From: Tolypothrix carrinoi HA7290-LM1
GTDB taxonomy: Bacteria; Cyanobacteriota; Cyanobacteriia; Cyanobacteriales; Nostocaceae
Length of the DNA stretch: 64,000 nucleotides
Reading direction: 5' to 3'
Assembly (NCBI GenBank): GCA_019358935.1
Contig: JAHHIK010000002.1
Span: forward strand, 32,001-96,000
Part shown: piece by piece, positions 31,259 to 41,269 of the stretch
Layout: every line of letters starts with the position of its first letter
Numbering within the stretch: position 1 is the first letter of the stretch
Program-made: the position numbers and the translations under genes
Notes under the pieces: model-generated
Database searches by the model: none
What the model saw: only the letters and a program-made list of their open reading frames with translations
Told to the model about the DNA's origin: nothing

Positions 31259-32521
31259 GTGTTTATGACTGCTAATATACCCTCGAATTCTGTTCAAGAG
31301 CCAACCGTTAATCTTGCTCATGATATTTTAGACGTACAAACCACATCTTGTTGCATTGTTGGTGGTGGTCCTGCGGGTGCGGTGTTGGCTTTGTTGTTAG
31401 CGCGTCAAGGTATCCCGGTGATGCTGCTGGAAACACATAAAGATTTTGACCGCGACTTTCGGGGAGATACAATTCATCCGTCTGTGATGCAGATTATGGA
31501 GGAATTGAATTTAAGCGATCGCTTATTGCAATTGCCCCACAACAAGATGCGCCAAATTAAAATTCAAAGTCCTAATGCTACCGCTACCTTGGCTGACTTT
31601 AGTCACCTAAAAACCCGCTACCCCTATATTACGATGCTTCCGCAGGTTAAGTTCCTGGAGTTCATCATCTCTGAAGCGCAAAAATACCCGAATTTTCACT
31701 TAGTCATGGGTGCAAATGTACAGGAATTAATTGAGGAAAATGGCGTAATTCAAGGTGTCCGCTATCGGGGGCAAGGTGGCTGGCACGAAGTCCGGGCTTT
31801 ACTTACAGTCGGTGCAGACGGTCGGCATTCCCGATTGCGACAACTAGGCAACTTTGAATCAATTAACACCTCACCTCCAATGGATGTGTTATGGTTTCGT
31901 TTACCGAAAAAACCAGAAGATACTGAGGATGGAGTAGGTCGCATTGGTCGCGGTCATATTCTCGCCATGCTTAACAGGTCTGATTCTTGGCAAATTGGCT
32001 TTGTCATTCCCAAAGGCGGCTACCAAGAACTACGAGCTGCGGGTTTGTCAGCATTAAGAAAGTCTATCGTTGATATAGCACCAGAGTTAAGCTCGCGCAT
32101 CGAAAATTTACACGATTGGTCACAAGTAGCTTTTCTCTCTGTAGAATCCAGTCGCGTCAAGCGTTGGCATCATCCCGGACTGTTGCTTATTGGTGATGCT
32201 GCTCATATAATGTCTCCAGTTGGCGGCGTTGGTATTAATTACGCGATTCAAGATGCTGTCGTCGCCGCAAATGTACTGAGTAAGCCGTTGAAAGCTGGGC
32301 GTGTAGATGAACGCGATTTAGCGAAAGTACAGCGCCTCCGCGAGTTACCCACACGCATCATTCAAACGTTTCAAGCTTTAGTTCAGAAACAGATATTCGC
32401 CCGTGTTCTCAACTCAGATGAGATTTTCCAACCTCCGGGTTTCTTGCGTCTACCCATTTTACGCGACTTGCCGGCGCGGTTGATTGCTTTGGGTGTGTTT
32501 CCGGTTCATGTGCAAAGTTAG
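31259..32521 (+). CDS. FAD-dependent oxidoreductase/monooxygenase
   Basis: IVGGGPAG, GADGRHS, IGDAAHIMSPVGGVGINYAIQDA. Confidence 0.9.
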   Translation: MFMTANIPSNSVQEPTVNLAHDILDVQTTSCCIVGGGPAGAVLALLLARQGIPVMLLETHKDFDRDFRGDTIHPSVMQIMEELNLSDRLLQLPHNKMRQIKIQSPNATATLADFSHLKTRYPYITMLPQVKFLEFIISEAQKYPNFHLVMGANVQELIEENGVIQGVRYRGQGGWHEVRALLTVGADGRHSRLRQLGNFESINTSPPMDVLWFRLPKKPEDTEDGVGRIGRGHILAMLNRSDSWQIGFVIPKGGYQELRAAGLSALRKSIVDIAPELSSRIENLHDWSQVAFLSVESSRVKRWHHPGLLLIGDAAHIMSPVGGVGINYAIQDAVVAANVLSKPLKAGRVDERDLAKVQRLRELPTRIIQTFQALVQKQIFARVLNSDEIFQPPGFLRLPILRDLPARLIALGVFPVHVQS

Positions 32522-32589
32522 TACAAAATTTCACCCTTAATTCTTCGTAGAGACGTTCTGCTAGAACGTCTCTACAATCGTCTGGGATA

Positions 32590-32690
32590 AATAACGACAG
32601 CTTCAACATTAATAACGACAGCTTCAACATTAATAACGACAGCTTCAACATTAATAACGGCAGCTTCAACGTTGGTAACGACAGCTTTGA
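32590..32690. repeat. 21-bp tandem repeat TAACGACAGCTTCAACATTAA, ~5 units
   Basis: Directly visible; the last units are degenerate. Confidence 0.85.
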
Positions 32691-32821
32691 CTTTGATAAT
32701 AAAAACTTATAATTATGTCACCACAACTTCTGCTTGATAACCAAAGTTTATATTGTAGTAGATTGGTTGATTTCTACTGTGGAGTGAATCAATAACGCGA
32801 TCGCCAATATTTGTTCAACTT

Positions 32822-33529
32822 TTGTGGAGGTCAAATTTGTTCAATTGTCCATTAAGTCCTGAAAAGGCAGACAGACTTGTAGAACATCTCGCTTTAAATC
32901 CCAATTCTTACGCTATTGATGTGGGTTGCGGTGAAGGAGAGTTTCTCATTCGAGTTGCAGAGCGCTATAAAATCGTAGGGATTGGGCTTGACAAAAACTC
33001 AGACCTTATCGAAGTTGCGAACAACAAAGTAAAAACGAGAATCCCTAGTCAGGATGTGTCTTTTGTCTGCCAAGATGCGAAATCGTTTGCTTGGGAAGAC
33101 CAAAAGGCTGATTTAATTATCTGCATCGGCTCGGAATTTATTTTTGGTGGCTATCGTCAAGCTTTGCAATGCCTTTCTAACAGTTTGATTGACAGTGGAA
33201 AATTGCTGATTGGAACCGTCTTCTGGAAAAAAGAGCCAAACTCAGAGTACTTGAGCTTAATGAACGGAGAGAATCCCCACTTCGACTATTTAACAACGGT
33301 AGAGATAGGAATTGAGCAAGGATTTATTCCACTTTACTTGTGTCGCAGTAATGATGATGAGTGGGACGATTTTGAGAGTAGACATGCTCAAAAACAGTAT
33401 CTTGCGGCTTTACACAATGGCTCAAAGCAAGCTTTTGAGCGGATACAAAGATGGCAGAGAGGTTATTTAAGGTGGGGACATGAAACAATGGGGTTTGTGT
33501 TCCTTCTGTTTCAGAAACGCCATATTTAA
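32822..33529 (+). CDS. class I SAM-dependent methyltransferase
   Basis: IDVGCGEGE motif I, GLDKN, DLIICIGS. The 5' end is uncertain and possibly damaged. Confidence 0.8.
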   Translation: MWRSNLFNCPLSPEKADRLVEHLALNPNSYAIDVGCGEGEFLIRVAERYKIVGIGLDKNSDLIEVANNKVKTRIPSQDVSFVCQDAKSFAWEDQKADLIICIGSEFIFGGYRQALQCLSNSLIDSGKLLIGTVFWKKEPNSEYLSLMNGENPHFDYLTTVEIGIEQGFIPLYLCRSNDDEWDDFESRHAQKQYLAALHNGSKQAFERIQRWQRGYLRWGHETMGFVFLLFQKRHI

Positions 33530-33595
33530 GCGATCGCCACTTCCAAAAACGCTTTTTTCCCATCTAAAACTTACCTGAAGCTGGTCATAATATAT

Positions 33596-33609
33596 GGTAC
33601 AATAGTACT
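33596..33609 (+). promoter_or_regulatory. putative cyanobacterial LexA box
   Basis: GGTACAATAGTACT fits RGTAC-NNN-DGTWCB and lies ~120 nt upstream of ssb. Confidence 0.65.
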
Positions 33610-33730
33610 ATTATCTAAATTTTAGATTAATAAATGCACAATCGTGAGAAATAACGAATTTATTAATAAATCAAAAAAATTGTCGAAAATAAAACATATA
33701 TAACCCCATTGCCAACAAACGGAGTAATTA

Positions 33731-34390
33731 ATGAACAGTTGTATTTTGATGGCGGAAATCGTAGAAGATCCGCAGCTTCGCTACACCTCAGATAACCTAG
33801 AAATCAGCGAAATGCTCGTGCGCTTTCCCGGAATGCGCCCGGATGACCCCCCAGCAACGCTGAAAGTGGTAGGCTGGGGTAACATGGCGAAAGAAATTCA
33901 GCAAAACTACCACGAAGGCGATCGCGTTCTCATCGAAGGACGCTTAGGAATGCATACCATCGAACGTCGAGAAGGTTTCAAAGAAAAACGTGCAGAGTTG
34001 ACAGTGCAACGCATTCATGCATTGGGAGCCGGTTTTGATATTAGTTCCTCACCAAGAATGGAAACTACTCAACGACAATCACAAGTCCCTGTGGCTGCAA
34101 CAAACCACCGGGAAGTTTCTACACCGATGTCTTCTCCCGTGGCAACTCCCCAAAAAACTGTAACCACTTACGAACCGCAGGTTCCCGCATCCACCCAAGC
34201 TAAGAATGACTTTGACACTCTTGCTGAGGATGACTTCGACATTGAACCCAAACAAAGCGCGAAAAATTACGATCGCAATCCTTATCCCGCACCGGCACAA
34301 GACGAACCCAAACAAAGCGCGAAAAACTCCGCTCGCAATCCTTATCCCGCACCAGCACAGGACGAAGATATAGATGATATTCCCTTTTAA
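33731..34390 (+). CDS. ssb: single-stranded DNA-binding protein
   Basis: OB fold (PQLRYT, GDRVLIEGRL), Pro-rich linker, acidic DDIPF tail. Confidence 0.9.
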   Translation: MNSCILMAEIVEDPQLRYTSDNLEISEMLVRFPGMRPDDPPATLKVVGWGNMAKEIQQNYHEGDRVLIEGRLGMHTIERREGFKEKRAELTVQRIHALGAGFDISSSPRMETTQRQSQVPVAATNHREVSTPMSSPVATPQKTVTTYEPQVPASTQAKNDFDTLAEDDFDIEPKQSAKNYDRNPYPAPAQDEPKQSAKNSARNPYPAPAQDEDIDDIPF

Positions 34391-34757
34391 GCGGAAAGTG
34401 CTTTTTGGCAATTGTATCTGAGATGAAGAAGTAGAGACGTTCCGCTGGAACGTCTGTACAAAAGTTAGTTGTTAGTTGTCCCCCTGTCCCCCTTGTCCCC
34501 CTTGTCTCCCTTGTCTCCCTTGTCCCCCTGTCCCCCTGTCCCCCACTCCCCCTGTGAATAACGGATGTAGCGTCAGGCTAGTATTACACAGCCTTATTTG
34601 CTACATCCGTTAAAATTTAACAAAAATTGTAATCTATAATGCCAAATTTCTTATCAAAGGTGTAACAATCAAAAAAATCAGTTCAGTGGGTTACAAAACC
34701 ACTGTTAAAATCCAGATAATTTTAAATTTAGTAAGTCACGATTAATACCCGATTCCT

Positions 34758-36641
34758 ATGAGAGAAACTATCCTAGAGGTTCGCAATCTACAAGTTGAAT
34801 TTTCCGATGATGGCAACAGCGTCAAAGCTGTAGATGGTATTTCCTTTGAGTTGCATCGCGGAGAGACTCTGGGAATAGTAGGAGAGTCGGGAAGCGGAAA
34901 ATCAGTAACATCCTTAGCTGTGATGGGTTTGGTGCAGACTCCGGGAAGGATAAGCGGTGGTGAAATTTACTTTCGCCATCAGGAAAATACCGCACCAATC
35001 AACTTGGTAGAATTACCCCCACAGCAAATGCAGCTTTATCGGGGTGGTGACATCGCCATGATTTTTCAAGAACCGATGAGTTCGCTCAATCCAGTTTATA
35101 ATATAGGGTTTCAGCTAACAGAAGCAATTATGCGACATCAGAAAGTGTCGCAAGGTGAAGCAAAACAAAAAGCGATCGCTGGTTTACAAGAAGTAAAACT
35201 CCTTCCCAGCGATGACCAAATTAAACAGCAATATCTCGAAAGCTGGAAACAAACTGCTAACTCATCAAATCTAGATGACCGACAACTAACAGAGTTAGTC
35301 AAGCAACACAAAGACGCAATGCTGGAACGTTACCCGCATCAACTTTCTGGTGGACAGTTGCAGCGGGTGATGATTGCAATGGCAATTTCCTGCAATCCCT
35401 TACTATTGATTGCAGACGAACCGACAACAGCTTTAGATGTGACAGTCCAAGCAACAATTCTAGAGTTGATGCGCGAATTGCAGCAGCGACGCGACATGGG
35501 AATGATTTTCATCACCCACGACTTAGGATTAATTGCGGAAATTGCCGACTCTGTAGCGGTGATGTACAAAGGTAAAATTGTCGAATATGGACCAGCAGCG
35601 CAAATTTTTAGCAATCCCCAGCATCCTTATACTAAAGGCTTAGTAGCTTGTCGCCCCACACTCAACAGCCATCCGCAAAAACTCCTCACCGTTTCCGACT
35701 ACATGAGTGTAGAAGAAACACCAACCGGACAAATGGTAATTCAAGCGAAAGAACCGCTAACCCCGATAGAAGTTAGTAGAGAAGAGATTGCTGCAAGATT
35801 AGCAAACCTCAACGAACAGAAACCGCTGTTGCAAGTCCGCGATTTGAAAGTGGGTTTCCCGGTGCGGGGTGTATTTGGAAAAACGACACGCTACACGATG
35901 GCAGTTAACGGCGTTTCTTTTGATGTGAAACCAGGGGAAACAGTTGGATTAGTCGGAGAATCAGGTTGTGGAAAAACCACTCTCGGTAGAACTTTACTGC
36001 GATTAATCGAGCCGATGAGCGGTGAGATTATCTTTGAGGGACAAGATATCACTACCCTCAAAGGAGAACCGTTGCAAAAATTGCGACGAGAAATGCAAAT
36101 AGTCTTTCAAAATCCCTTTAGTGCGCTTGACCCCCGGATGAAGGTTGGGGACGCAATTATGGAACCGTTGTTAATTCACTCTGTTGGAAAGACGACGAAA
36201 CAACGACGGGAACGAGTAGCGGAACTTTTGGAAAGGGTGGGATTGAGTGCAGATGCGATGAAGCGTTATCCGCATCAATTTTCTGGTGGTCAACGTCAAA
36301 GAATTTGTATTGCCCGTTCTTTGGCGTTAAATCCCAAGTTTATCATTTGCGATGAATCGGTTTCCGCGCTGGATGTTTCGGTACAAGCGCAGGTGTTGAA
36401 CTTGTTGAAAGAATTGCAAGATGACTTTAAGTTGACATATATATTTATTTCCCACGATTTGAGTGTGGTGAAATTTATGAGCGATCGCATTTTGGTCATG
36501 AATCGTGGTGAAATTGTGGAACAAGGTATAGCCGAAAACATCTACCGCGAACCCAAGGAGGAATACACGCAAAGGTTAATTGCTTCGATTCCTACCGGTA
36601 GCGCGGAAAGAGTGCAAAAGCGTCAATTACGAGCATTGTGA
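34758..36641 (+). CDS. peptide/nickel ABC transporter, double ATPase
   Basis: Two [16 protein letters not shown] Walker A motifs, [18 protein letters not shown], oligo_HPY segment. Confidence 0.92.
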   Translation: MRETILEVRNLQVEFSDDGNSVKAVDGISFELHRGETLGIVGESGSGKSVTSLAVMGLVQTPGRISGGEIYFRHQENTAPINLVELPPQQMQLYRGGDIAMIFQEPMSSLNPVYNIGFQLTEAIMRHQKVSQGEAKQKAIAGLQEVKLLPSDDQIKQQYLESWKQTANSSNLDDRQLTELVKQHKDAMLERYPHQLSGGQLQRVMIAMAISCNPLLLIADEPTTALDVTVQATILELMRELQQRRDMGMIFITHDLGLIAEIADSVAVMYKGKIVEYGPAAQIFSNPQHPYTKGLVACRPTLNSHPQKLLTVSDYMSVEETPTGQMVIQAKEPLTPIEVSREEIAARLANLNEQKPLLQVRDLKVGFPVRGVFGKTTRYTMAVNGVSFDVKPGETVGLVGESGCGKTTLGRTLLRLIEPMSGEIIFEGQDITTLKGEPLQKLRREMQIVFQNPFSALDPRMKVGDAIMEPLLIHSVGKTTKQRRERVAELLERVGLSADAMKRYPHQFSGGQRQRICIARSLALNPKFIICDESVSALDVSVQAQVLNLLKELQDDFKLTYIFISHDLSVVKFMSDRILVMNRGEIVEQGIAENIYREPKEEYTQRLIASIPTGSAERVQKRQLRAL

Positions 36642-36711
36642 TGTTGTAACAGCCGACATCGTGAACGATGCCCTCATCCTGGAAGGATGGGGGCGATTTT
36701 TGCCGATAAAC

Positions 36712-36793
36712 GCGATCGCGCTTGTGATGAGTGTCAGCCTTAGGGATTGGCGAATATTTGGCTATCTACAGCTAAAGCAAAAATTTAGGATTC
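36712..36793. repeat. 82-bp direct repeat, copy 1 (copy 2 at 37451-37532), beginning with HIP1
   Basis: Manual alignment: 5 mismatches over 82 bp. Confidence 0.9.
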
Positions 36794-36806
36794 ATCTGGT
36801 AATACT

Positions 36807-37110
36807 TTAATAGTGATGTCGAGCAGACGCGAAAATCAATGCGATCGTCACTAATAAAGTAAATAATGCGATGTTCTTGGGTGAGTCGCCGTGACCATGC
36901 ATCCGAATCCAAGTATTTCAATGGTTCTGGCTTACCAATACCTATAAACGGATCTCGCATAATTGCTTCAATTAAGTCGAATGCACGCAATGCAGTTTTG
37001 CGATTTGTTTTTACCCAATAAGCGAGGTCTTCTCTAAATTCTGGATGAAAAACAGCATCTCGAACTATTATTTCTTGGGGTTGGGTTTCATTCTTCTTTT
37101 TCTTCGCGAA
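36807..37110 (-). pseudogene. Txe/YoeB toxin pseudogene
   Basis: FREDLAYW..RDPFIGIGKPEPLKY..WSRRLTQEHRIIY. No start codon at the expected position (TTC), and a frameshift before ARHHY*. Confidence 0.8.
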
Positions 37111-37383
37111 TACCCAACTAAGTAGCGTAGTTCGTTAATGCTTTGAGGTTCTAAAGTTCTAGCTTTTGCTGTTGACAAAGCTGTTAACAGGCGGGTAGCA
37201 TTTTTCGGTGAGCGAAGTAAATAAGCTGTTTCTAGTAAACTGTTTAGTTTCTCAACAGCAATTATGGCAACGCTTTCGCCTTCTTGTCGCGTAATAATTA
37301 CGACCAGAGCGATCGCTAACTACTTGCTCACACAGTTGGGCAAGGCTAGCGCTAGCATCATTTAAGGTTGTCTGATTGGACAT
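37088..37383 (-). pseudogene. Phd/YefM antitoxin pseudogene
   Basis: MSNQTT..LAQLCEQVVSDR / VIITRQEGESVAII / LNSLLETAYLLRSPKNATRLL, split across frames. Confidence 0.8.
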
Positions 37384-37582
37384 GATGAGAGTTTTTTGTT
37401 TTGCTGTATGGCTTTTGACTAGATCATAACTTGAGGCGGACAAAAGTTATGCGATCGCGCTTGTGATGAGTGTCAGTCTTGGGGATTGGGGAATATTTGG
37501 CTATATACAGCTAAAGCAAATATTTAGGATTCGGATTTGTTTCACGCAAAGTCGCAGAGGCGCAAAGGAAGAGATAATATAT

Positions 37583-37963
37583 TTAGAAGCAATTCACTCT
37601 CGACATGTGGCGATCGTTTGTAACCAAGATTAAACTACGTATTATAGCTGTGGATGCTATTAATACGTCTGCATCCTGTATTGGCGTACTTTTTCTTTTT
37701 AAATCTGCGTGAATTTCACAAGCTTTTTCGATAATTTTTATATCATCTAAAAACAAAACTTCATAATCTGTACATAACTGAGTAAAATCAGCTAGCTGTC
37801 TGACAGCGTTTATAGATATCAATCCTCTTTTGACTTCATAAGAAGTTATACAACTTATAAATACTTCTTCACCCGAACGAGTCGCTTCTCTTAAACGATT
37901 ATTAGTATTGAGATTTATTTTTAAAATATAGGTAACAATATTTGTATCTAATAAAAAGGTTAC
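37583..37963 (-). pseudogene. VapC/PIN toxin with GTA at the expected start
   Basis: Frame open back to GTA-ACC-TTT: (V)TFLLDTNIVTY..SYEVKRGL..DADVLIASTA..LVTNDRH. C-terminus looks short. Confidence 0.7.
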
Positions 37964-37968
37964 TTGAT

Positions 37969-38262
37969 TTATTTTACTAGCACTGCTTCATCAAAGATTT
38001 TGATTTGTTCGGATGTTAAATCATTTAAAGTCCCAGAAACAGCTTCTAATGTCAATATTTTTTTGATTCGACGTGTCAGTTCATTCTCAGAAATAGCCTT
38101 CATTTCTTCAGGGGAAAACTTACCAAACAAGTTTACTAACATTTCTACCATTTCTTGTTTATTTAATCTCTCGATGTATAAATTGCTATTTGTAAACAAC
38201 TTTTCAACTATTGGTGAAATGCGGTTGAAAACTTCTTGGGTATAGTTGGATACTTCTTGCAT
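37969..38262 (-). CDS. putative antitoxin for the adjacent VapC
   Basis: 97 aa directly upstream of the PIN gene; acidic C-terminus LNDLTSEQIKIFDEAV. Confidence 0.6.
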   Translation of the reverse strand: MQEVSNYTQEVFNRISPIVEKLFTNSNLYIERLNKQEMVEMLVNLFGKFSPEEMKAISENELTRRIKKILTLEAVSGTLNDLTSEQIKIFDEAVLVK

Positions 38263-38340
38263 AATTTACTCCAAGTTTTTTTGATATTGAATATATAAAT
38301 TGTAAGTTGGGACTGAAAGGCAAAACCCAACCTACAATTT

Positions 38341-38856
38341 TTATGGGCAAGCTATATAATTGGAATTTACCCAGCCTTCTAATCCATTAACTCGGTTGTT
38401 TGGTCCAAATATGACACGCACGTAAGACCAATTACCTTGAGTTTTGATGGGAAGTACTGTATTTCCATTATTTAGTCCAGCTTTAGATTTTCCATTCGGA
38501 GAAAAGCGAAGGGCTAACTGTCCTGTTTGGATGTTTGTTACACTACAATAAGCTTCTACAACTTCACTATCTGGTTGCAGTCTAACTTGGCTTTGATGAA
38601 TGTAACCAGATCGACCGCAAACATCTGTTTTGTACCATCCATTTTTATAATCATAGATAGCTATAGATGTTTGCGATCTGATGGCACAAATAATAGCACC
38701 ATTCGGTTTAACTCTAACATTTGATGGCGGGTCGATAACTACTGCTGATTCTATAGATTGTGCGTTAGCGTATGGTGCTTTTATAAAGAAGGGTATGACA
38801 GCAAGTAATGTAATATTGACACCAGAAAATACTATGTTCTGAATCGCTTTCTTCAT
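38341..38856 (-). CDS. secreted protein with two bacterial SH3-like domains
   Basis: Signal peptide (ANAQ), SNVRVKPNG..GWYKT..GYIHQSQ, LALRFSPNG..EGWVNSNYI. Confidence 0.75.
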   Translation of the reverse strand: MKKAIQNIVFSGVNITLLAVIPFFIKAPYANAQSIESAVVIDPPSNVRVKPNGAIICAIRSQTSIAIYDYKNGWYKTDVCGRSGYIHQSQVRLQPDSEVVEAYCSVTNIQTGQLALRFSPNGKSKAGLNNGNTVLPIKTQGNWSYVRVIFGPNNRVNGLEGWVNSNYIACP

Positions 38857-39055
38857 ATTCTTAAGTAGGTAGGTTGAATTAAATATAAAACCACCTGCGG
38901 GTGGAATGCCGCCATTCATTACGGCATCAAGTACCATTAATGGTGCGTTAAACTACGTTATAACGCACCCTACTGGCTTTATTTATAATAGTAATAAATA
39001 ATACTAGACAAGAGTGATTTTACCGAAAATCAACGCAGGGTGATTTTGTAAATTT

Positions 39056-40672
39056 TTATTGCTGAAGTTGGCGAATTATGTCAAGAATTTGTTGAGAATA
39101 CTGTGTATTTCCTTCTTGCTGATATAAATCGGCTGCTTTCTGAAAATCGCCGATCGCACTTTCTATATCTCCCAAATTATGGCGGATATCAGCCCGAACG
39201 ATGTAAGCTGATGCGAAATGCGGTTGTAAATACAAGGCTTGATTTAAGTCTTCTAAAGCTCGTTGAAAGTCTTTCAACAAACAACGGCTACGACCTCGAT
39301 TGTACCAGTCTTCGGCAAGGCTGGGGTCTATAGTTATTGCTCGGTCATAATCTTCGATTGCTGCTTGAAAGTCTTCTAAAGCATAGCAAGCATTAGCGCG
39401 ATCGCTATAAAATGCTGCTGTATGCGGATTAATTTTTATTGCTTTCGTGTAATCGGCGATCGCTATGCGATAATCTTCTAAAACAAAGTAGGTAGAACCC
39501 CGATTGTAATAAGCTTCTATCAAGTCGGGATTTCGTTGTAATGCAGAATTATAATCTTCAATCGCGCCTTGAAAGTCTCCTAAATTCCGCCTAGCATTAC
39601 CTAGATTGCAGTATGCTTGAGAAAAGTTAGGATTAAGCTGAATTGCTTTTTGGTTATCTGCAATTGCACCTTGGTAATCTTTTAAAGCATCGCGGACGAT
39701 CGCTCTACCATAGTAAGCTTCTATTAAGTCGGAATTAATTTCTAATGCGCGATCGTAATCGGCTCTTGCCTTTTCATAATCTCCTAAACTACGATGAGCC
39801 GTAGCCCGATCGCAATATCCTTCTGCTAGATGCGGATGAAGTTGCAATAATTCGTTACAATCGGCGATCGCACCTTGAAAATCCCCCACTTGAGTGCGTG
39901 CATTCGCCCGAAAGCCGTAAACTAAAACTAGATACGGATTTTGCTTCAATGCTCGATTGTAATCTTCAATTGCTGCTTGATAATCTCCCAAAGTGGCACG
40001 CACAAGACCCCGATTGTAGTATGCTTGGGCATCATCGGGATGCAGTTTTAAAGTTTGATTAAAGTCAGCAATCGCTTTTTGAAAGTCTTTCAGGCAAGTA
40101 TAAACCAGACCGCGATTGTAGTATGCCAATGCATAATTAGGGTTTATTGTCAATGCGCGGTTGTAATCGGCGATCGCTTCCTGATAATCTGCAAGAGCAT
40201 AATGAGCATTACCTCGATTATGATAAGCGTCTGTGAAATTGGGATCTAGTCGCAAAGCCAGACTTTGATCGGCGATCGCACTTTGATAATCTTTTAATTG
40301 ATAGCAAACATTACCGCGATTGCTGTAAGCTTCAGCAAAATTAGGATTGAGCTGCAAAGCTAAGTTAAAATTTTCAATTGCTTTTGGATAATCGCCTTGT
40401 TCGCAAAGCGTCAAAGCTTGATTATAGTAGGCAATTCCCAAGTCAAAATTAATATTAGCAGCTAAGGTAGGATTAATTTTGATTGCTTGCTGATAATCGC
40501 TGATCGCTTGATCGTAATCACCCAAAGCAAAGTAAGCATTACCCCGGTTTTGGTAAGATAAAGCAAAATCGGGATTGATTTGCAATGCCGAGTTAAAAGA
40601 AGCGATCGCTCCTTGATAATCTCCTTGGGAATTCTTGTTTATTCCTTGCTGAAAAAATTCTTCCGCATTCAT
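39056..40672 (-). CDS. tetratricopeptide repeat protein
   Basis: About 15 canonical TPRs (AYxNRGxA...AIADY...P). Confidence 0.92.
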   Translation of the reverse strand: MNAEEFFQQGINKNSQGDYQGAIASFNSALQINPDFALSYQNRGNAYFALGDYDQAISDYQQAIKINPTLAANINFDLGIAYYNQALTLCEQGDYPKAIENFNLALQLNPNFAEAYSNRGNVCYQLKDYQSAIADQSLALRLDPNFTDAYHNRGNAHYALADYQEAIADYNRALTINPNYALAYYNRGLVYTCLKDFQKAIADFNQTLKLHPDDAQAYYNRGLVRATLGDYQAAIEDYNRALKQNPYLVLVYGFRANARTQVGDFQGAIADCNELLQLHPHLAEGYCDRATAHRSLGDYEKARADYDRALEINSDLIEAYYGRAIVRDALKDYQGAIADNQKAIQLNPNFSQAYCNLGNARRNLGDFQGAIEDYNSALQRNPDLIEAYYNRGSTYFVLEDYRIAIADYTKAIKINPHTAAFYSDRANACYALEDFQAAIEDYDRAITIDPSLAEDWYNRGRSRCLLKDFQRALEDLNQALYLQPHFASAYIVRADIRHNLGDIESAIGDFQKAADLYQQEGNTQYSQQILDIIRQLQQ

Positions 40673-40688
40673 CTGATTTTTGATTCAA

Positions 40689-40837
40689 AAAGCTTGAATC
40701 CACTCTTTGACAAAATATTCTGTCCAGATATTATTTTGCCAGTAGGGGTCATTTTCAATCACCTAAAGCTTGAATCCACTCTTTGACAAAATATTCTGTC
40801 CAGATATTATTTTGCCAATAGGGGTCATTTTCAATCA
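40689..40837. repeat. 73-bp tandem duplication of the YciI 3' end
   Basis: 40689-40761 vs 40765-40837, one mismatch. Confidence 0.92.
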
Positions 40838-41030
40838 ACTCGCGCACAATGGCTTCATCATCGGCTTCGTAAATCCCGAAAACTTTCGTTACATCCTTGG
40901 TCGGACCAATCGTAATCAACACACCAGATTCTTTTTGTTTTGCGAGTCCGTCTAAATGCGCTTGACGATGAGGGGCACGTTTTTCTAAAACGTCTTCGCA
41001 ATAACTTCCCCACATTATATATTTTGCCAT
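40755..41030 (-). CDS. YciI family protein
   Basis: RAPHRQAHL, IGPT, NDPYW. C-terminus altered by a local duplication. Confidence 0.85.
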   Translation of the reverse strand: MAKYIMWGSYCEDVLEKRAPHRQAHLDGLAKQKESGVLITIGPTKDVTKVFGIYEADDEAIVRELIENDPYWQNNIWTEYFVKEWIQALGD

Positions 41031-41269
41031 AGATACACCATCTAAAATTACAAAAGATTTAAATGAAGTAATAAAGTGTAAATAAACACTCTTAAACGTA
41101 GTAAGCGGCTCTATCCCTTTCAACTTGGGGAATTGAGCGGTAAACCGCTCACCCTCCGGGTTCGCCAGTCGCTCATGGGGGAGACCCCCAAGACCGCGCT
41201 GGCTCACTACCTACATTTTATGTTTAATCACGCCCATTTAGTACAGACGTTCCATTGGAACGTCTCTAC

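Noticed and set aside
32590..32690. Possible CRISPR array
   Set aside because: Units are contiguous with no unique spacers, and there are no cas genes.
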